DNA of 64,000 nt from Patescibacteria group bacterium (GCA_052034495.1 JBPOIL010000005.1:24710-88709); one strand, 5' to 3'; counted from the first letter of the stretch, positions 28,788-38,720 are shown. A program made the numbers and translations. Notes: a model not told the origin generated them from the letters alone.

Positions 28788-30187
28788 TGGCAACTTGAAG
28801 TAGTAGGCTGGCCTGAGCGTACGGCTGACATCCAATTCATCGTGTCATTGAAACTCTGGGCCATGGTGTCGTAGTGAGTAGCCGTGGGGTAATACTTCAC
28901 AGTGACCTGGCCGCCGCCCAAGCGACACAGCCGCTGTCGCAATGCCTCGGACTGGCTCGGTAACACAACGTTGTCCTTCTGGCCATGGTTAATTAGCTTA
29001 GCGGCGGGAGTAGAGATTGTTCCCGCACGATTCTTAGCGAGGTCACGAGCCAAATCACTATAGTTGCCAGACAGGTCTCCGCGCAACAATGCGCTCAAGA
29101 ACGCAGGCTGATATATGGCAGCCGAGTTTTTACCCCAGTGCGGAATCACGGTGTTGATACATTGCGTGGCGATATCCGACTTAATACTCTGTTGCCACTT
29201 TGGCAGCAAATATGAGCTTAGGTCGTAATTGCTACGGTAATAGTCTTGGTACGCCGTAAGTATAAACGGCCCGAACCAATTAATGTTTGCTCCACGTGTT
29301 ATGTCGGCGAGTGTCGTCTGTACGTCACTAACTGGGCCAAAGCCAACGAGACCCTTTATGTCCAGCTCAGGGGCATAATCATCGGCAATCATGTCTGCCC
29401 AGAGTGCAGCATGCCCACCCTGTGAGTAGCCAGCTACGAATATATTCTCCGCATCAATAGCCCCCTTTGTGGCGGGCAAATTCTCCAGCACGCGAATACT
29501 ATCCAGCACAGCGCGGCCCTCCTGGGCACCAACCATATAATGGTGGGTTCGATCTGGGTCGCGCATCCCCTGGTAGTCAGTAATCACCACAGCGTACCCC
29601 TGAGCCGCATAAGCAGCCATTAAGGAATCATAGTTCGCCCAGTTGGCGACAGCTGGCTTCTCTAAGCTCGCAGCACACCTGTCATCTATGCCGGTAGTCC
29701 CTGGAGCGAATGCGAAGACAGGTAAATCAGAGTTCGCCGTAGTCCCTGCCGGCGTATATACGCGCGCGTACACAGGCACCTCTCGACCCTCCTCGTCTGA
29801 CGACGTGTAGCGAACCACCTGTTTATTGATTCCTGCCTGGACAGGCAAGGCGTAGCCCTTATTGGCCTGCAGAATAAGTGCTTTGGTAGAATTCACATCG
29901 TAACTAACGACTGGCTCGGTGGTAATAACTTTGCCGAACTTCGGTTTTGGTTGCTCAGGGTTTACGAGACGAGTCAATAAGTCCCGAGTCTGCGGAGTAC
30001 TGCCGGCCATGATGTATGCATACGTAAAATACGCGACAGCCATAAGGCCCAGGGTAATTGCTAACCAAGCAGCGAATCTCGGCCAGTTGATCTTCCGTTT
30101 CGCGCTTGCTCGACGTGGGAGTGGTGGCATGTACACAGGCTCCTTGTGGCGGGCTGTGGGTTTCTTTTTAGGATGAGACTTGTTCAT
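28784..30187 (-). CDS. Membrane-anchored secretory lipase (LIP-type alpha/beta hydrolase)
   Basis: PGTTG...CA.S, TDYQG, GYSQGG nucleophile, D..V, C-terminal His. Confidence 0.85.
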   Translation of the reverse strand: MNKSHPKKKPTARHKEPVYMPPLPRRASAKRKINWPRFAAWLAITLGLMAVAYFTYAYIMAGSTPQTRDLLTRLVNPEQPKPKFGKVITTEPVVSYDVNSTKALILQANKGYALPVQAGINKQVVRYTSSDEEGREVPVYARVYTPAGTTANSDLPVFAFAPGTTGIDDRCAASLEKPAVANWANYDSLMAAYAAQGYAVVITDYQGMRDPDRTHHYMVGAQEGRAVLDSIRVLENLPATKGAIDAENIFVAGYSQGGHAALWADMIADDYAPELDIKGLVGFGPVSDVQTTLADITRGANINWFGPFILTAYQDYYRSNYDLSSYLLPKWQQSIKSDIATQCINTVIPHWGKNSAAIYQPAFLSALLRGDLSGNYSDLARDLAKNRAGTISTPAAKLINHGQKDNVVLPSQSEALRQRLCRLGGGQVTVKYYPTATHYDTMAQSFNDTMNWMSAVRSGQPTTSSCQ

Positions 30188-30678
30188 AATAGTGACCTTT
30201 TCATAATATACACATCTTGGCCGCCGATAAAGCCCTTGGCTACTCGCTCCAGATTGAAGTTATGCTTTTTGTAGAACTCTGCATGATCATACGTTACAAG
30301 CTCAACACTCTTGAGGCCCTTCTGCTGCAACCAGCCTACTGACTCCATGAGTAGATCGGCCCCCAGGCCGCGACCACGATGCTCGGGCTCGACATACAGC
30401 CAAAATATATCACCACAGTCTTCGCCCGGCCGAGTCGCCCCAATAATATAGCCGACCAGGGCATCGTCACTCCACAGGCCAATCAGCATCCTATCAGGGC
30501 GCAAGCTACCTAGCGCGAGCTTGGGTGCACTGTTTTGTCGGCGTGTCTGCTCTAAGTAAGAATCACTGTAGTAACTAAAGTCTTGGTCCAGTGCAGACCT
30601 AAACAGCCTGGCTAGAGCCGGGCTGTGGTGTGGCCTAACATAGGCCAGCCGATATGGTCCATCAAGCCGCTTAGCCAT
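30184..30678 (-). CDS. GNAT N-acetyltransferase
   Basis: LYVEPEHRGRGLG..L, FYKKHNF. Confidence 0.88.
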   Translation of the reverse strand: MAKRLDGPYRLAYVRPHHSPALARLFRSALDQDFSYYSDSYLEQTRRQNSAPKLALGSLRPDRMLIGLWSDDALVGYIIGATRPGEDCGDIFWLYVEPEHRGRGLGADLLMESVGWLQQKGLKSVELVTYDHAEFYKKHNFNLERVAKGFIGGQDVYIMKRSLL

Positions 30679-31264
30679 GCAGCTCCACTCTGTTTTTGCC
30701 ATTCGCCTTCGCAAGACTAAGCGCAGAATCTGCTCGGCCCAGCAAATCATCAACACTCACTCCCGGAGCCATGCTAGCAACACCAAATGAGGCCGTCACC
30801 TTTAATCCAGCAGCTGATCCCTGGAAGCTTAAAGCCTCTACCTTTGCGCGCAAGTCCTCGGCGATTTTTGCAGCCCTTTCTAGGTCGGCGCCCACGAGTC
30901 CAACCACGATTTCCTCTCCACCGTATCGACCAACCACATCGATGCCGCGCAAAGAAGCCCGAATAGCAGTAGCAATATCTCGCAGCACCTCATCGCCCAC
31001 AGCATGACCGTACTGGTCATTTATCTGCTTGAAGTTATCAACATCCACAAAGACAACGCTGAATGATTTGATAATTAGAAACTGCCTGCGATCTGGATTT
31101 TTCAGTTGAAAATCTACCTCGCGGGTAAACGCCGTAAGCATCTGCATCAGGCCGCGACGATTCATAATACTCGTCAGCTCATCGGTATCCACCTGTTGCT
31201 CTAGTTCGGCAACACGACGTTTGAGTCGCTCTATTTGGGCTTTGTAGACTTCTTCTGACGCCAT
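30671..31264 (-). CDS. Diguanylate cyclase (coiled coil plus GGDEF)
   Basis: D.LT...NRR, DVDNFK.IND.YGH..GD, RGID I-site, RYGGEE. Confidence 0.92.
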   Translation of the reverse strand: MASEEVYKAQIERLKRRVAELEQQVDTDELTSIMNRRGLMQMLTAFTREVDFQLKNPDRRQFLIIKSFSVVFVDVDNFKQINDQYGHAVGDEVLRDIATAIRASLRGIDVVGRYGGEEIVVGLVGADLERAAKIAEDLRAKVEALSFQGSAAGLKVTASFGVASMAPGVSVDDLLGRADSALSLAKANGKNRVELHG

Positions 31265-31266
31265 AG

Positions 31267-32190
31267 CTACTCTTGGTTTACTAGGTAATGCTCTACCTCG
31301 AGCGCAGCTCGGCAGCCATCGCCCGCAGCCGTGATGGCCTGTCGGTAGCGTGAATCGACTACGTCACCAGCTGCAAAAACCCCCGGAATGTCCGTTAGCA
31401 CAGAGTCCTTGGCCACAATGTATCCTTTTTCGTCCAATTCCAAAGATTCTTTGAACAAACTTGTAGCTGGAGTGTGGCCAATCGCCACAAACATACCCTG
31501 ACAAGCAAAGTCCCGTTCGGTTCCGTCTTTAGTATCTTTGAGCCGAACGCCCTCTACGTTGTCATTACCCAACACATCAATTACTTCGGTGTTCCATATA
31601 AATTCAATCTTAGGGTCATCCATAGCGCGCTTTTGCATAATCTTGCTAGCCCGCAACGTGTTGCGGCGGTGAACAATGTAAACCTTACTTGCAAACTTAG
31701 TAAGCGCGTGGGCTTCTTCCATAGCCACGTCGCCTCCACCCACTACTACCACTTCCTTATCGCGGAAGAAGAACGCATCACAGGTAGCGCAGGCGCTTAT
31801 GCCATGGCTCATGAGCCGTTGTTCGTTCTCTAGTCCGAGCCAGTTAGCCGAAGCACCGGTGGAAATAATCACCGTCTTCGCTTGGTACTCGTACTCACCT
31901 ACGTAAACCTTCTTCACTCCACCATCAAGCTCTACTTTGGTTACGAATTCACTTATTAGCTCAGTGCCAAATCGCTTGGCTTGGGCCTTCATTTCCTCCA
32001 TCAGTGCCGGTCCACTAATACCGTCTTTGAAGCCTGGGAAGTTCTCAACTTCGCCTGTTAACAGCAGCTGGCCACCTGGCGTATCGCCAGCGATCATCAG
32101 TGTGCTCAGACTCGCACGTGCAGTGTAAATGGCAGCTGTATATCCCGCCGGCCCCGCTCCTATAATGATTACGTCATATACTTTATCCAT
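31267..32190 (-). CDS. trxB: Thioredoxin reductase
   Basis: GAGPAG, CATCD, GGGD.A.EEA, GD..D..YRQA. Confidence 0.96.
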   Translation of the reverse strand: MDKVYDVIIIGAGPAGYTAAIYTARASLSTLMIAGDTPGGQLLLTGEVENFPGFKDGISGPALMEEMKAQAKRFGTELISEFVTKVELDGGVKKVYVGEYEYQAKTVIISTGASANWLGLENEQRLMSHGISACATCDAFFFRDKEVVVVGGGDVAMEEAHALTKFASKVYIVHRRNTLRASKIMQKRAMDDPKIEFIWNTEVIDVLGNDNVEGVRLKDTKDGTERDFACQGMFVAIGHTPATSLFKESLELDEKGYIVAKDSVLTDIPGVFAAGDVVDSRYRQAITAAGDGCRAALEVEHYLVNQE

Positions 32191-32356
32191 CTGTATATTA
32201 TACCAATCATCGCCCCACTCCGCCACGGTGCGAGTAGCGTAGTAATAATTACTAACTTCCGCAGGTAGGTGCTTCGAGGCATCCGATAATTCCCTTTTGG
32301 TGCGCTTATTGCAACGAAGTTAAAACCTTGCTTTTAAATGTCTATATAATCTAGAT

Positions 32357-32998
32357 ATGTTAAAAATTAATCCTGCACTGTGTTTTCGGCCAAAAGACCT
32401 TATTGGGTATTTGAAGCAAACTAAGGAAGAAAAGACTATTGCCGAAGAGATTGGGGCAGCTGTCACCCATCGCTTGATAATGGAAAAGGAGTTGGGCTGG
32501 AAAAACTACTTTATTTATTTTGAACCGAAAGATTCAAAGCAAGCAGAGCTACTAAAAAAGATTGGCAGCACATTAAACTACGGCGAATTAGAAGACTTCC
32601 TGGCAAAGAATGTCGCGCAAGCTACTCCAATGGACTATGCCTTCATAAACAAGGATACACAGCCAGCAGAGGTTTACCCCGTACAGCACAAACGCTATTT
32701 TCCTAAAAAGAACAGTGTAACGGCAACCGCCGATTTAATTAAGGCTCTTGAGAAGTGGAGAACGCAGTACGCAAAAACAGAAACAACACTTCTAATCCAT
32801 TACAGAGGAAACTTGATGGATGTCGACCTCGAAGAGGTGATGACGTGGCTCAATGACAACAACTTCCCATTTAGGGAAGTACTGTTCCTGATTATGAATG
32901 ATGGAGGCCCTACTTTTATCCAGGTATTGCCAAATAGTGGTGACGGGATGATGGGTTATCATAGCTATAGCAAAAGTGAAATGTTTGGCGATTCTTAG
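32357..32998 (+). CDS. Hypothetical protein, possible PD-(D/E)xK nuclease fold
   Basis: AEE helix ... PMDY ... VQHK pattern. Confidence 0.5.
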   Translation: MLKINPALCFRPKDLIGYLKQTKEEKTIAEEIGAAVTHRLIMEKELGWKNYFIYFEPKDSKQAELLKKIGSTLNYGELEDFLAKNVAQATPMDYAFINKDTQPAEVYPVQHKRYFPKKNSVTATADLIKALEKWRTQYAKTETTLLIHYRGNLMDVDLEEVMTWLNDNNFPFREVLFLIMNDGGPTFIQVLPNSGDGMMGYHSYSKSEMFGDS

Positions 32999-33053
32999 AG
33001 AAGCCCGTATCCACACAGCCAAACGTTAAATCTCAACTTCTTAAGGATTATCC

Positions 33054-33731
33054 TTACTCAGCATCTGGGATCAGTTGGGTACCCAGTTTTCTCGCAATAG
33101 TGTTCAGTTCTTCTGCTTTTGTCTTCACGATGTCACTATGATTAAGAACTACACCCATGAGTGTCAAGGCGGTCAGGCAGTTAGCTTGCTTCAAGAGGTT
33201 GAGTTGGCCAGCTTTAAGATTCTTGTTCGTAATATAAGTCAGCGAACCTGGATTCGGGTGTCCAAAATAACTTAATAGGTCATAGATATTTAAAAATGAG
33301 CTGCCACTTGCCTTGATGCGGTCTTCAATTGAAGCATTCGTCCATTTGTTAGCTTGTTTCAACTCTCTGGATTCGGCCAAAGCATCGTAATCTTTTTGGG
33401 CAACACCAATCATAATCTCCCTGAATTTCTCCATGCTTTCCACATAAGCTTTCGGATATTTGTCTGGTTTATCGTAGATGTAAAACAAATCAGCAACATT
33501 CTCCAAAGCTGTTCTTACCAGAGAACCTCCGCTTATAACACTGCCTTTATGAAGTACATCCCGAGCTGCAACAAAATAATCTAATCCCAACCTAAAAACT
33601 ATTATTGCAGCCCCTTTGGGATGGTCTGCATTTATGTCAGGATTTTGTTGCTGGAATTCGTCGTATATATTTAGTATCTTATCGCTGACTTCTTTTACGA
33701 TACTATCTATCTCGGGGATTATCTTTTGCAT
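33054..33731 (-). CDS. Hypothetical helical protein, DUF5677/HEPN-like
   Basis: RTALE and Y..LS...H motifs. Confidence 0.55.
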   Translation of the reverse strand: MQKIIPEIDSIVKEVSDKILNIYDEFQQQNPDINADHPKGAAIIVFRLGLDYFVAARDVLHKGSVISGGSLVRTALENVADLFYIYDKPDKYPKAYVESMEKFREIMIGVAQKDYDALAESRELKQANKWTNASIEDRIKASGSSFLNIYDLLSYFGHPNPGSLTYITNKNLKAGQLNLLKQANCLTALTLMGVVLNHSDIVKTKAEELNTIARKLGTQLIPDAE

Positions 33732-33865
33732 GTATTAATCATAACAGAGGTTAAAACCTATCCTTATCATAAAAAACTTCTCTGTTGGGTCGTCAGCTTT
33801 CTAACTTTTCCGTCTCGTCTCCTCTTCTTAGGAATTAGAGATGTTAAAACCCGAAATTAACAGAT

Positions 33866-33893
33866 AAAAAAGAGCCCTTATCGGGCTCAAAAA
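33866..33893. terminator. Terminator-like hairpin
   Basis: aaaaaagagccc-ttatc-gggctc. Confidence 0.65.
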
Positions 33894-33926
33894 TGCGTAT
33901 GGTGCAGCAAAAGAGACTCTAACCTA

Positions 33927-34481
33927 TCACCCAGGCTGCTTTGTGTCGCCATCGCAGGTGTTCGGCGACCACAGGCCGCGCGCAGATACTTCTGCCTCAG
34001 CTTCTGCCTGATTAAAGTCCGCTTGGTATTTATATACTTGGCCTAGATAGGTGTACTCCTTGGCAAAGCCATCACGAATCATCCCCTGTGCGAAATTAGA
34101 TCCGTCAGGTAAGAACACATAAGCCAATCTGCGGCCATACTTGTCCTGCTCCCCCACCTGCACATCGTACTCCAGGCGTACGGTCTTGCCGCTCAGCCGT
34201 CGCTTCGCTTCGGCGGACGCCTCGCGCCCAAAGCACTGCACAACTTTGCGCGGGTCTACAACCTCGGGTGTATCCATGCCTATCAAGCGCACCTTCTGAG
34301 TCCGGCCATCCATGCTGACTTCAACCGTATCGCCATCTACCACATTATTGACCCTATATTCACCCAAGCTAGTGGGCGCTTGATTGGCCGACGATTGCTG
34401 CTGCATGGCTAGGCCATGGTATATGCTTAAACAAGCGAACACGGCGGCCATTAGGATGCCTAGGCGCTTTTTGCGGCTCAT
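33927..34481 (-). CDS. Secreted thermonuclease (SNase family)
   Basis: VVDGDT, VRLIGMDTPE, DKYGR.LAYV, GLW. Confidence 0.93.
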   Translation of the reverse strand: MSRKKRLGILMAAVFACLSIYHGLAMQQQSSANQAPTSLGEYRVNNVVDGDTVEVSMDGRTQKVRLIGMDTPEVVDPRKVVQCFGREASAEAKRRLSGKTVRLEYDVQVGEQDKYGRRLAYVFLPDGSNFAQGMIRDGFAKEYTYLGQVYKYQADFNQAEAEAEVSARGLWSPNTCDGDTKQPG

Positions 34482-35584
34482 GCGAACTCTCGCTTTTTGC
34501 GACGAATGTAGATGCTCTGAATAACGCCCACGGCGAACATGGTTACAATCATGCTCGAACCACCGGCAGAGATGAATGGAAGTGGGATGCCCGTAACCGG
34601 CATAATGCCGAGGTTCATACCGACGTTAATAAACAAATGGAACAGCAGCATGCTGGCCAAGCCTACGCCAAGCAACCCACCGAACTTATCGGCAGCGAGT
34701 TTGGTAATCCAGTAAGCGCGCAATACCAGTGCCAAAAAGGCCGTGAGGGTGAGTAGCCCGCCAAAAAAACCGAGCTTTTCGGCCAGTACCGCGAATATAA
34801 AGTCCGTCTGTTGTGAGGGTAAAAAGTTACCTTGGCTTTGAGAGCCCGAGCCAAGTCCTTGACCAAACCACCCGCCATTACCCACTGCAATGATTGCTTG
34901 GTTCACATTGTATCCAGTCGTGGCTGGATTGGCTGCGGGGTTCAAGAACGTCGTAATGCGCTGCTGCTGGTATGGCTGCAGTCGAGGAATAATGAGTGGC
35001 ACCATAGCCGCGACGCTTGCCACCAAGCCAACCAGGTACTGCCAGCGCACACGAGCAGCAATTGCCATAGAAAACCAAATAGCACCGAACACCATGCCGG
35101 TGCCTAAGTCTGGCTGAGCGAGCACCAAAAGCATTGGGGCTGCCACGTAAGCGAGAGACCCTAGCCAGTACTTCCATTCGTTGATGTTGTCGTAGTGACG
35201 AGAAAAGTGCTGAGCGAGCATAATTGCTAGTATCGGTTTGGCAAACTCTGATGGCTGGAACTGGAAGAATCCAATGTCAATCCAGCGAGTTGCCCCAAGC
35301 CTGGTAGCACCTGCTAAGTCTACGTACAGCAGGGTGATAATTGAGAGGATATAGAGCACGAAGGTATAGTTGCGCAGTATACGGTAATCAAGCCGGGCAA
35401 AGAACAACATAACCATGAGACCAACACCGCCGTACAGGAACTGTCGACTCGGATCGATCTCGGTGGCTACAATTGCCGGCTTAATCCCAGAGGAATAGAG
35501 CACGGTTAAACCAATAACCAACAGCACCAATGTGCTGGCAGCTAATACTAAATCAAGTTTGCGTAAAAAGCGAAGTCCAAACAT
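34478..35584 (-). CDS. rodA: SEDS peptidoglycan polymerase RodA
   Basis: GATRWI, QPSEFAK, QPDLGT, TDFIF, P.TGIPLPFIS.GGSS. Confidence 0.92.
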   Translation of the reverse strand: MFGLRFLRKLDLVLAASTLVLLVIGLTVLYSSGIKPAIVATEIDPSRQFLYGGVGLMVMLFFARLDYRILRNYTFVLYILSIITLLYVDLAGATRLGATRWIDIGFFQFQPSEFAKPILAIMLAQHFSRHYDNINEWKYWLGSLAYVAAPMLLVLAQPDLGTGMVFGAIWFSMAIAARVRWQYLVGLVASVAAMVPLIIPRLQPYQQQRITTFLNPAANPATTGYNVNQAIIAVGNGGWFGQGLGSGSQSQGNFLPSQQTDFIFAVLAEKLGFFGGLLTLTAFLALVLRAYWITKLAADKFGGLLGVGLASMLLFHLFINVGMNLGIMPVTGIPLPFISAGGSSMIVTMFAVGVIQSIYIRRKKREFA

Positions 35585-35593
35585 ATACCCCTA

Positions 35594-38524
35594 TTATAGG
35601 GATTCGTGCTTGCGGAGGCTAATCGTAACTTCTGCCTCTCCAACCTTGGCTAGCGTACTATGGCCTTCTACGTTTTCGGTCAGCACTGTGGCCAAGGTTT
35701 CTGCCTTGATCACGCCGCTGTGTTCAGTAATCGCCTGCACTATGTCTGTGCTTGTACTTGTAAGGCCGAGCTCTATGCGGTCATCGACATCTAAGCCCGC
35801 TTGCTTACGCGCATTCTGTACGAGACGCACCACATCACGCATAATGCCTTCGCGCTGAAGCTCTGGCGTGACGTTCGTATCGAGTTGAGGCGCGTGGGCT
35901 TCGTCGCTCAATCGGACTTCGACCTGCTTAACATTCACTTCATCACGAATGATATCGCTGTACTGGACGTCAAGCTCGGCTTTTGCGGTCACTACCAGCC
36001 TAGATAATGGTTGGCGGACTTTAATACCCGCTTCAGCTCGCAGGGCTAGGGCCTCCTTAATCGTTTCGCGCACCAAGGCCATATTTGTGATCACCGAAGT
36101 ATCTGTTGTGTCAGCCGCTGGCCAGTCACTCAAGTGAACTGAAGCCGGCATGTCGGTGCCACGAACAAGCTCGCGCCATACATAGTCGCTTACGAACGGT
36201 GCCCAAGGCGCTAAAAGCTGGCAAATACGAATGAGCGCATACCACAGGGTCTCGTAAGCCATCGCCTTGTCACCATCGTCTTCGCTTTTCCAGAACCTTC
36301 TGCGCGAACGTCTGATGTACCAATTACTCATATCATCAATTAGGCTAAATACCGGGGTAATAGCGTGAGCTACCTGGTAGTTGTCTGCCTCCTTAGTCGC
36401 CTCCATAGCTGTTTCGTCAATGCGTGCCAGCATCCATTGGTCGAGTATGTTATCGCTCTGGGGTCGAGTGCCAGCCTGGGCTGGCTTCCAGCCGTCGATG
36501 TCCGCATACATAGTAAAGAAACGCTGTGAGTTAAGGAGTGTTCCGAGCACGTTGCGCTGAATGTCGCGCATGGCGTCCCTGTTGAATCGAATGTACTCGG
36601 CCGTCTCGCTCGCCTGATGGCTTGAGAGCAAGTATAGACGCAAACTATCTGCTCCTTCTTGATTGAATACTTCATCAACTGGCGGATAGTTCTGCAGACG
36701 CTTACTCAACTTTTGACCATCAGCAGCCATAATCATGCCGTTTACGATCACGTTCTTGTAGGCTGGCGCGTCAAACAAAATAGTATTTACGACATGCTGT
36801 ACATAGAACCACAACCGAGTCTGGTCCAGGCCTTCGATTATAAAGTCGGCTGGGAAGGCACTATCAAAAGACTCTTTGTTCTCGAACGGATAGTGGTGCT
36901 GGGCGAGGCTCATAGTACCTGATTCAAACCAGCAGTCCAAAACCTCTTCGACTCGTTTATAAGTCTTGCCGTCGCGCTCAATCACAACGTTATCAATGAT
37001 CGGCCGGTGCACGTCGCTCGTGTCCAATTCGCTATTGCCTGTTAGTTTGCGTAGTTCATCGTAGCTCTCCACTACAATATAGTCATTTTCGTCAGCAACG
37101 TTCACCCATATCGGCATTGGCGCGCCCCAGTACCGATTGCGAGAAATTGCCCAGTCCCGAGCTCCCTCTATCCATTGGCCAAAGCGGCCTGATTTAATGT
37201 GAGCTGGCGTCCAATTGATTTCCTCGGCCGTCTTCATAAGCTGATCGCGAATACTTGAAACCCGAATGAACCAACTTGAGATCGCGTAATACATAAGCGG
37301 AGTTTCACAGCGCCAGCAGAATGGATAGGTATGCTCTTTGGTCTCAGCCAAATATACCAAACCTTTTTCAGTAAGGTTTTCGATGATTATCTTGTCAGCA
37401 CCCTTAAAGAACTTTCCTGTTGCCTCCGGAACACCGGCCTGCTCCGTCACCTTGCCGCTCGCATCAATAGTTTGCAAAACCGGAATGCTCTCTTGCAAGC
37501 CAAGGGTGAGGTCGTCTTCGCCGAAGGCTGGTGCCACGTGCAGTACACCAGTACCGTCCTCAATGCTTACAAAATCTGCGGGCCAAATCTTGTATAAATT
37601 GTCGGAGCCCTCCAGGCCGTCTCGCCCACTTACCTCGAAGACTGGAAGATAGCTTTTGCCAACCAAATCTTGTCCACTCACTTCTTTGATAACCGTATAG
37701 TTATCGTGGCCCAACGCTTCAAGTCGCTTCTTGGCCAATACAACTACTTTGCCCGCCGCTGGCTCATCAGTAAGCTCCACATATACGTACTGTTCAGCGG
37801 GGTTAACAGCGATCGCGGCATTGCCAGGCAAACTCCATGGCGTGGTCGTCCAGCCAAGCATATAAGCCTCTTCGCTTGCTAGCCTAAACATAACGTACAG
37901 GCTTGGATCTGGCACATTGTCTTTATAGCCATCGTTCACTTCGAAGTTGGAAAGTGGCGTCTCGCAACGCGGGCAATACGGCGTGCTCTTGTAGCCTTTA
38001 TAGAGCAGGCCTTTTTTATGCACTTGAGCCAAAGCCCACCAAACACTCTCAGTATAGTTACTGTCCACCGTAGCGTAGTAATTGTCGTACTCACTCCAGC
38101 GGCCAAGCCTTTTAAGCAGGCTCTCCCACTCGCCCTTGTACTTAAAGACCGAATCATTACAGGCAGCATTGAACTTTTCGATACCCAACTCGAGAATCTG
38201 CTTTTTGCCGCTGACGCCAAATTCCTTTTCGATAGCAAACTCGACCGGCAGGCCATGACAGTCCCAGCCATTGCGCCGCGGTACATAATACCCCTGCATT
38301 GTCTTATAGCGCAGCATGGAGTCTTTAATGCTTGTCACCAACGAGTGCCCAAAGTGCGGCAAACCATTTGCAAACGGCGGGCCATCGTAAAAGCTGTATG
38401 TTGGCCCTCCCTCACGCTGAGCCAAAGACTGCTCGAACGTACCTTCTTTTAACCATAACTCTAAAACTTGTTCTTCTATTTTTGCTTGTTGGGATTTTTC
38501 GGGCTGTTGTGGCTGGCTAGTCAT
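35594..38524 (-). CDS. ileS: Isoleucine--tRNA ligase (type 2)
   Basis: DGPPFANGLPHFGH, WTTTPW, DWAISRNRYWG, KLSKR..NY; ATG 38524 after AGAGGAG. Confidence 0.96.
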   Translation of the reverse strand: MTSQPQQPEKSQQAKIEEQVLELWLKEGTFEQSLAQREGGPTYSFYDGPPFANGLPHFGHSLVTSIKDSMLRYKTMQGYYVPRRNGWDCHGLPVEFAIEKEFGVSGKKQILELGIEKFNAACNDSVFKYKGEWESLLKRLGRWSEYDNYYATVDSNYTESVWWALAQVHKKGLLYKGYKSTPYCPRCETPLSNFEVNDGYKDNVPDPSLYVMFRLASEEAYMLGWTTTPWSLPGNAAIAVNPAEQYVYVELTDEPAAGKVVVLAKKRLEALGHDNYTVIKEVSGQDLVGKSYLPVFEVSGRDGLEGSDNLYKIWPADFVSIEDGTGVLHVAPAFGEDDLTLGLQESIPVLQTIDASGKVTEQAGVPEATGKFFKGADKIIIENLTEKGLVYLAETKEHTYPFCWRCETPLMYYAISSWFIRVSSIRDQLMKTAEEINWTPAHIKSGRFGQWIEGARDWAISRNRYWGAPMPIWVNVADENDYIVVESYDELRKLTGNSELDTSDVHRPIIDNVVIERDGKTYKRVEEVLDCWFESGTMSLAQHHYPFENKESFDSAFPADFIIEGLDQTRLWFYVQHVVNTILFDAPAYKNVIVNGMIMAADGQKLSKRLQNYPPVDEVFNQEGADSLRLYLLSSHQASETAEYIRFNRDAMRDIQRNVLGTLLNSQRFFTMYADIDGWKPAQAGTRPQSDNILDQWMLARIDETAMEATKEADNYQVAHAITPVFSLIDDMSNWYIRRSRRRFWKSEDDGDKAMAYETLWYALIRICQLLAPWAPFVSDYVWRELVRGTDMPASVHLSDWPAADTTDTSVITNMALVRETIKEALALRAEAGIKVRQPLSRLVVTAKAELDVQYSDIIRDEVNVKQVEVRLSDEAHAPQLDTNVTPELQREGIMRDVVRLVQNARKQAGLDVDDRIELGLTSTSTDIVQAITEHSGVIKAETLATVLTENVEGHSTLAKVGEAEVTISLRKHESL

Positions 38525-38544
38525 TGATGCTCCTCTTTTTACGC

Positions 38545-38720
38545 AAATACCTCTCTTGGCTACTGGAATCCGCATTTATGCGGACGGTACCATCCAGTTT
38601 CCAAGAGAGGCATCTCTATGGCGCTTAATTACAGCTTACGGGCTGATTATCCGGCAGATTCTACTAGGCTGGGCCGTTCTTTCTGCTGCTTCGTGGTTGA
38701 TGGCCACTCATTTGCCCTGC
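38545..38720 (-). ncRNA. T-box riboswitch, ultrashort-stem-I ileS class
   Basis: Stem I GUGG-CCAUCAA-CCAC with AUC specifier (38699-38701); stem II GAAC..AGUAGAA; GCCCGU; T-box bulge UGGUACC (38586-38592). Confidence 0.88.

Larger units (their letters stand above)
32298..33924. mobile_element. AT-rich two-gene islet bounded by att-like scars
   Basis: Visibly lower GC; TGGTGC...AACC at both ends; GAnGTTAAAACC three times; no integrase gene. Confidence 0.5.

Noticed and set aside
32299-32326. Chromosomal dif site
   Set aside because: Arm spacing is one base short, the XerD arm lacks TTAT, and gene orientation does not switch here; kept only as an att-like scar.
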